A DNA stretch of 64,000 nt, taken from assembly GCA_937625935.1 (NCBI GenBank), contig OW569380.1, positions 186,001 through 250,000 of the forward strand, read 5' to 3'. A program made the position numbers and the translations under genes. The notes under the pieces were generated by a model, which worked only from the letters and a program-made list of their open reading frames with translations, had not been told where the DNA came from and searched no databases. Of the stretch, positions 60,884-64,000 are shown piece by piece (position 1 is the stretch's first letter; every line of letters starts with the position of its first letter). The DNA comes from Tetramitus jugosus (Eukaryota; Protista; Heterolobosea).

Positions 60884-63800
60884 ATGTCACACATTCATGG
60901 AAATTTAACCTTGACTCTTGTAGCTCTTGCAACACTGGCAGTCTTTGTTGTTTGTTGGTTTCCATCGTTTGCTTACAGTAACCAGAGCATTACGTTTGGT
61001 AAAATAGAGATTTTTGACGATGTCACTGATGATTATCAAGTCACTGGACTAAAAGTTTACAACCAATCCACAATCTATCGATCCCTCATGAACAAGGATG
61101 TGCCAACAGGAAACTTCACCAAGAAAACCATTCTGGCCAAATACAATGCCAAGATAACAAAGTATGACTGGATGATTGATATTGACACTGGTGATGAGCA
61201 CTTTGTTCCCATCTTCTTGCCTTGTTGTGATCAGAGAAGTGTCATTGTGGTATTTCCAAACTGCACGAATGACGTTCTTCCGTTTCATCAGAGAGTCAAG
61301 GGTGATGAAAGTCCTTTTACATTAATGATAAAGTTGGATGACTTGGGTGAAGTGGTTTGGAACAGGACAGTGAATTCAACTGTTCCAAACACTGGTGGTG
61401 TTGTGACAACGAGTGTTCATAATGTTTGCAATGGCACTGACGATATCATTTACCTCGCTGGTCCTATGAATCGAACCATTCCATTCGATTGCGAAATCGC
61501 CAATTCGGATCCTGATGGCAACAGTATTGTCTCACAATTTAGTCATAGAGGATATTGTATGTGGGTTACATCCTTGTCAAATGCAACAGTGACAGCACTT
61601 GAATGCAATTATGATCCTATTTACGTGACAGGCAATCAGGACGACGGATCCTTTCCTTCGCTTTTCATTGCAAAGTTGGATACTTCAAATGGTGCACGTG
61701 GAGGTTCGTTCACTATTTTCAACTACAATGATGCTATTCCGGTTGGCATATCAGTAAGCGATGCGGATCTAGGGTCACTATATCTCATGACTCCACTTTC
61801 ATCCTCTGCTTACTTTGAGAAACAACATTTCGACAAGTTAACCCTGTATTTCGAAAGTAGAGAAACTCTTTTTGACAAACCAAGTGAGATTTCTGGAATG
61901 GAGTATGGCTTGAATGAAACAATATATTTGACTGGATCGTTGTTCCAGCTTAATTCTTTGACTGGATCTGAAATTGCCTTCGTTGCCAAATTGAACACCA
62001 GTGACAGGAATTATGACATAATTATGGTGTACAACAATGTGTCTTCAACTGGCATGGTAATATCAGTTGGAAACGATGGTTATGTTTCTGCATTGGGGCG
62101 CAGTGAATCTCCTCTTTCACTAACATATCCTTCAAATAGAACTCTCTCCAGTAACTCGACATTTAACTTTATCGCGGAGATTTTAGAGAGCCCTCAACTC
62201 ACTTGCTTTGGATATGATAAATCTGATTCACGTGTTTGTAGCGGTAGAGGAAAGTGTTGGCAGAACAATATTTGCAATTGCGACGATGGATACTCAGGTA
62301 GCAAGTGTCAATACCTTCTATGCAACGGCATCTCCTCGAATGATACTACTGTGTGTAATGGAAGAGGCTCTTGTGAATTGAATGACACTTGTGTCTGTGA
62401 AAAAGGATATGTGGGACAGAAGTGCGAGGCGTCTAACGCAACCCTCTGGCTCAGCTCTAATACGATTGGAGACTATCTTTTTGATGATTCATTGATATTG
62501 AAGGCAACAGTCGAGTATGCAGGAATCTTTCCTGTGAATGTCTACACTCACTGGATCTTATTTGATGTTGTTGCAGGAACTCAACGAATTTACAATGAAT
62601 CCTACACTCTTCACTCTCCGATTCAATTGATGCAAATGAACATCACAGATCTCATCCAACTTCGTCAATACAATGCTACTACCACAATTCAGATCGAGAA
62701 CACGACAAACATCGTCTCATCTGAAACACTCTCCATATGGGTACCAATCCGCATCGAGATGAAGTCTCTGACAGTCATACCCACATCTGGCGCCATTCTC
62801 TATGATCACTTTTTGTTGGTTACAAATCGCACTGGTGGACCAAGAGTTATGTCTTATCGCTTTGGGTATTTTGATGGAAACAATCGAGTGCTTCTAACCG
62901 ATTGGATACGGAGTACTGGTTACAACTTGAATACCACACTTCCTATTCTTGGAAATGTCACCTTGTTCGCTCAGGTGTTACGACAGGCGGATGGCAAAAT
63001 ATTTGAAGCCACAACCACTGTGACAGTGCACAAAGGAGAATCATCAAAAGTGACAGATGTTTTGACTGAACAAGCCAATAATCTATTTCACACCAATGGA
63101 ACTCAGTTCGAAGCTCAATTGACCACCTACACCAATTCTTTGATCAATTCTATTCAAGTCATCTCTGCCAATCAAACATCTCATTTGTTGAGTAATCTGA
63201 TCAATATTGTGCAATCGAAGCAAGATGAACTGAGTGCAACTGTTCAAATCGAAACGATCAGAGCCATCGCTCAACAGTATCTTTATCTCTCAGAAGCATC
63301 AACAGTTCAGACGTCTCTCATCTTGATCAACTCCATTCAAAGAAATGATTCAAAGATAAGTGATTCCATCAGTGTTGCTCACAACTTGGCCAATGTGATG
63401 ATATCAACAAACAGTTCAATGGCTCAAAGAGAATCCTTCTCATCAATGGTGGTTGTGCTGACAGACAAAGTTCGTCAGAACATGACTGATGGTCAAACAG
63501 AAGAAATCTCACTTCCAAACCTTGAAACCGTGATTTCAAGATTGAATTCAACCTCAATGAATGCCAACTCCACAGTGCTTGTGAGACATCCATCTTCAAG
63601 TGACACCAACACAAACACTAAGTTTGTCCAGATTGTTCTCAATCGAGATGTTCTTGCTGATTCTGGAGTTGCCTTTGTTCAAGGTCAAGTGATTGCAAAT
63701 CCTCCAAATCAGTATTCAGACAAGTGCAACACAAGTGGAGTGTCTCCAACTGTCTCAACCACGTTGTTCACAAAGAATCAACAACAAGTTCAGCCAATTG

Positions 63801-64000
63801 ATTCTTCAACTCCATTGAGTGAAGCCTCGCTCGTACTTCCCAGCATCTCTTCACTTCGCAATCGATCCGACGATTATCAATATGCTTGCAAGTATTTGAA
63901 CTCTGAAAACAAGAAATGGTTGAGTAATTCCAACATCTGTCGAACCGTGACAATGTCAAAGAGCAACACAACAAGTGAGAATGTGGTTGTTCAATGCGTG
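60884..64000 (+). CDS. Large surface protein: signal peptide, beta-rich domain, EGF-like repeats, REJ-like region and start of a GPS/GAIN motif; runs off the window end
   Basis: Not in the ORF track (no stop in window). ATG 60884 MSHIHGNLTLTLVALATLAVFVVCW; VCSGRGKC..C.CDDGYSGSKC, VCNGRGSC..C.CEKGYVGQKC; SYRFGY; final YACKYL....W.....C....VVVQCV. Confidence 0.8.
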   Translation, partial: MSHIHGNLTLTLVALATLAVFVVCWFPSFAYSNQSITFGKIEIFDDVTDDYQVTGLKVYNQSTIYRSLMNKDVPTGNFTKKTILAKYNAKITKYDWMIDIDTGDEHFVPIFLPCCDQRSVIVVFPNCTNDVLPFHQRVKGDESPFTLMIKLDDLGEVVWNRTVNSTVPNTGGVVTTSVHNVCNGTDDIIYLAGPMNRTIPFDCEIANSDPDGNSIVSQFSHRGYCMWVTSLSNATVTALECNYDPIYVTGNQDDGSFPSLFIAKLDTSNGARGGSFTIFNYNDAIPVGISVSDADLGSLYLMTPLSSSAYFEKQHFDKLTLYFESRETLFDKPSEISGMEYGLNETIYLTGSLFQLNSLTGSEIAFVAKLNTSDRNYDIIMVYNNVSSTGMVISVGNDGYVSALGRSESPLSLTYPSNRTLSSNSTFNFIAEILESPQLTCFGYDKSDSRVCSGRGKCWQNNICNCDDGYSGSKCQYLLCNGISSNDTTVCNGRGSCELNDTCVCEKGYVGQKCEASNATLWLSSNTIGDYLFDDSLILKATVEYAGIFPVNVYTHWILFDVVAGTQRIYNESYTLHSPIQLMQMNITDLIQLRQYNATTTIQIENTTNIVSSETLSIWVPIRIEMKSLTVIPTSGAILYDHFLLVTNRTGGPRVMSYRFGYFDGNNRVLLTDWIRSTGYNLNTTLPILGNVTLFAQVLRQADGKIFEATTTVTVHKGESSKVTDVLTEQANNLFHTNGTQFEAQLTTYTNSLINSIQVISANQTSHLLSNLINIVQSKQDELSATVQIETIRAIAQQYLYLSEASTVQTSLILINSIQRNDSKISDSISVAHNLANVMISTNSSMAQRESFSSMVVVLTDKVRQNMTDGQTEEISLPNLETVISRLNSTSMNANSTVLVRHPSSSDTNTNTKFVQIVLNRDVLADSGVAFVQGQVIANPPNQYSDKCNTSGVSPTVSTTLFTKNQQQVQPIDSSTPLSEASLVLPSISSLRNRSDDYQYACKYLNSENKKWLSNSNICRTVTMSKSNTTSENVVVQCV

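Noticed and set aside
1-64000. CRISPR array, rRNA or telomeric repeats
   Set aside because: None seen; the repeats present are coding microsatellites (CAA, CAT, AAT) and TSDs

Overview
Gene-dense, intron-poor eukaryotic (protist) DNA. It has short GT-AG introns, Q/N/S low-complexity proteins, F-box/LRR and EGF-REJ-GPS surface proteins. The style suggests a free-living amoeba such as a heterolobosean, but the taxon is an inference. About 28 host genes are recognisable, including histone H1, CTNNBL1, phosphoketolase + acetate kinase, an RBR ligase, Zim17, cytochrome b5, ACOT9, ADA2, eIF3k, uridine kinase and MCM10. There are three intact tRNA genes and one tRNA fragment. The main result is a family of APE-RT (L1/Tx1-like) non-LTR retrotransposons that inserts at a fixed position and orientation just upstream of tRNA genes. 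All five copies or remnants found lie head-to-head with a minus-strand tRNA gene or tRNA fragment. One copy is full-length and intact (15-bp TSD starting 42 bp upstream of tRNA-Leu(AAG)). Three copies are stacked at tRNA-Leu(CAA): a 5'-truncated copy with a 17-bp TSD starting 40 bp upstream, an ORF1-only non-autonomous copy, and an old remnant. A fifth remnant is fused to a broken tRNA. Target sequences are unrelated, so targeting is positional, as with Dictyostelium TRE5. The elements have almost no 5' UTR and share 3' hairpins. Secondary findings are a divergent Xfp-Ack gene pair, a secreted bacterial-type SH3b/M15-like protein and a kinase-F-box-GNAT fusion.
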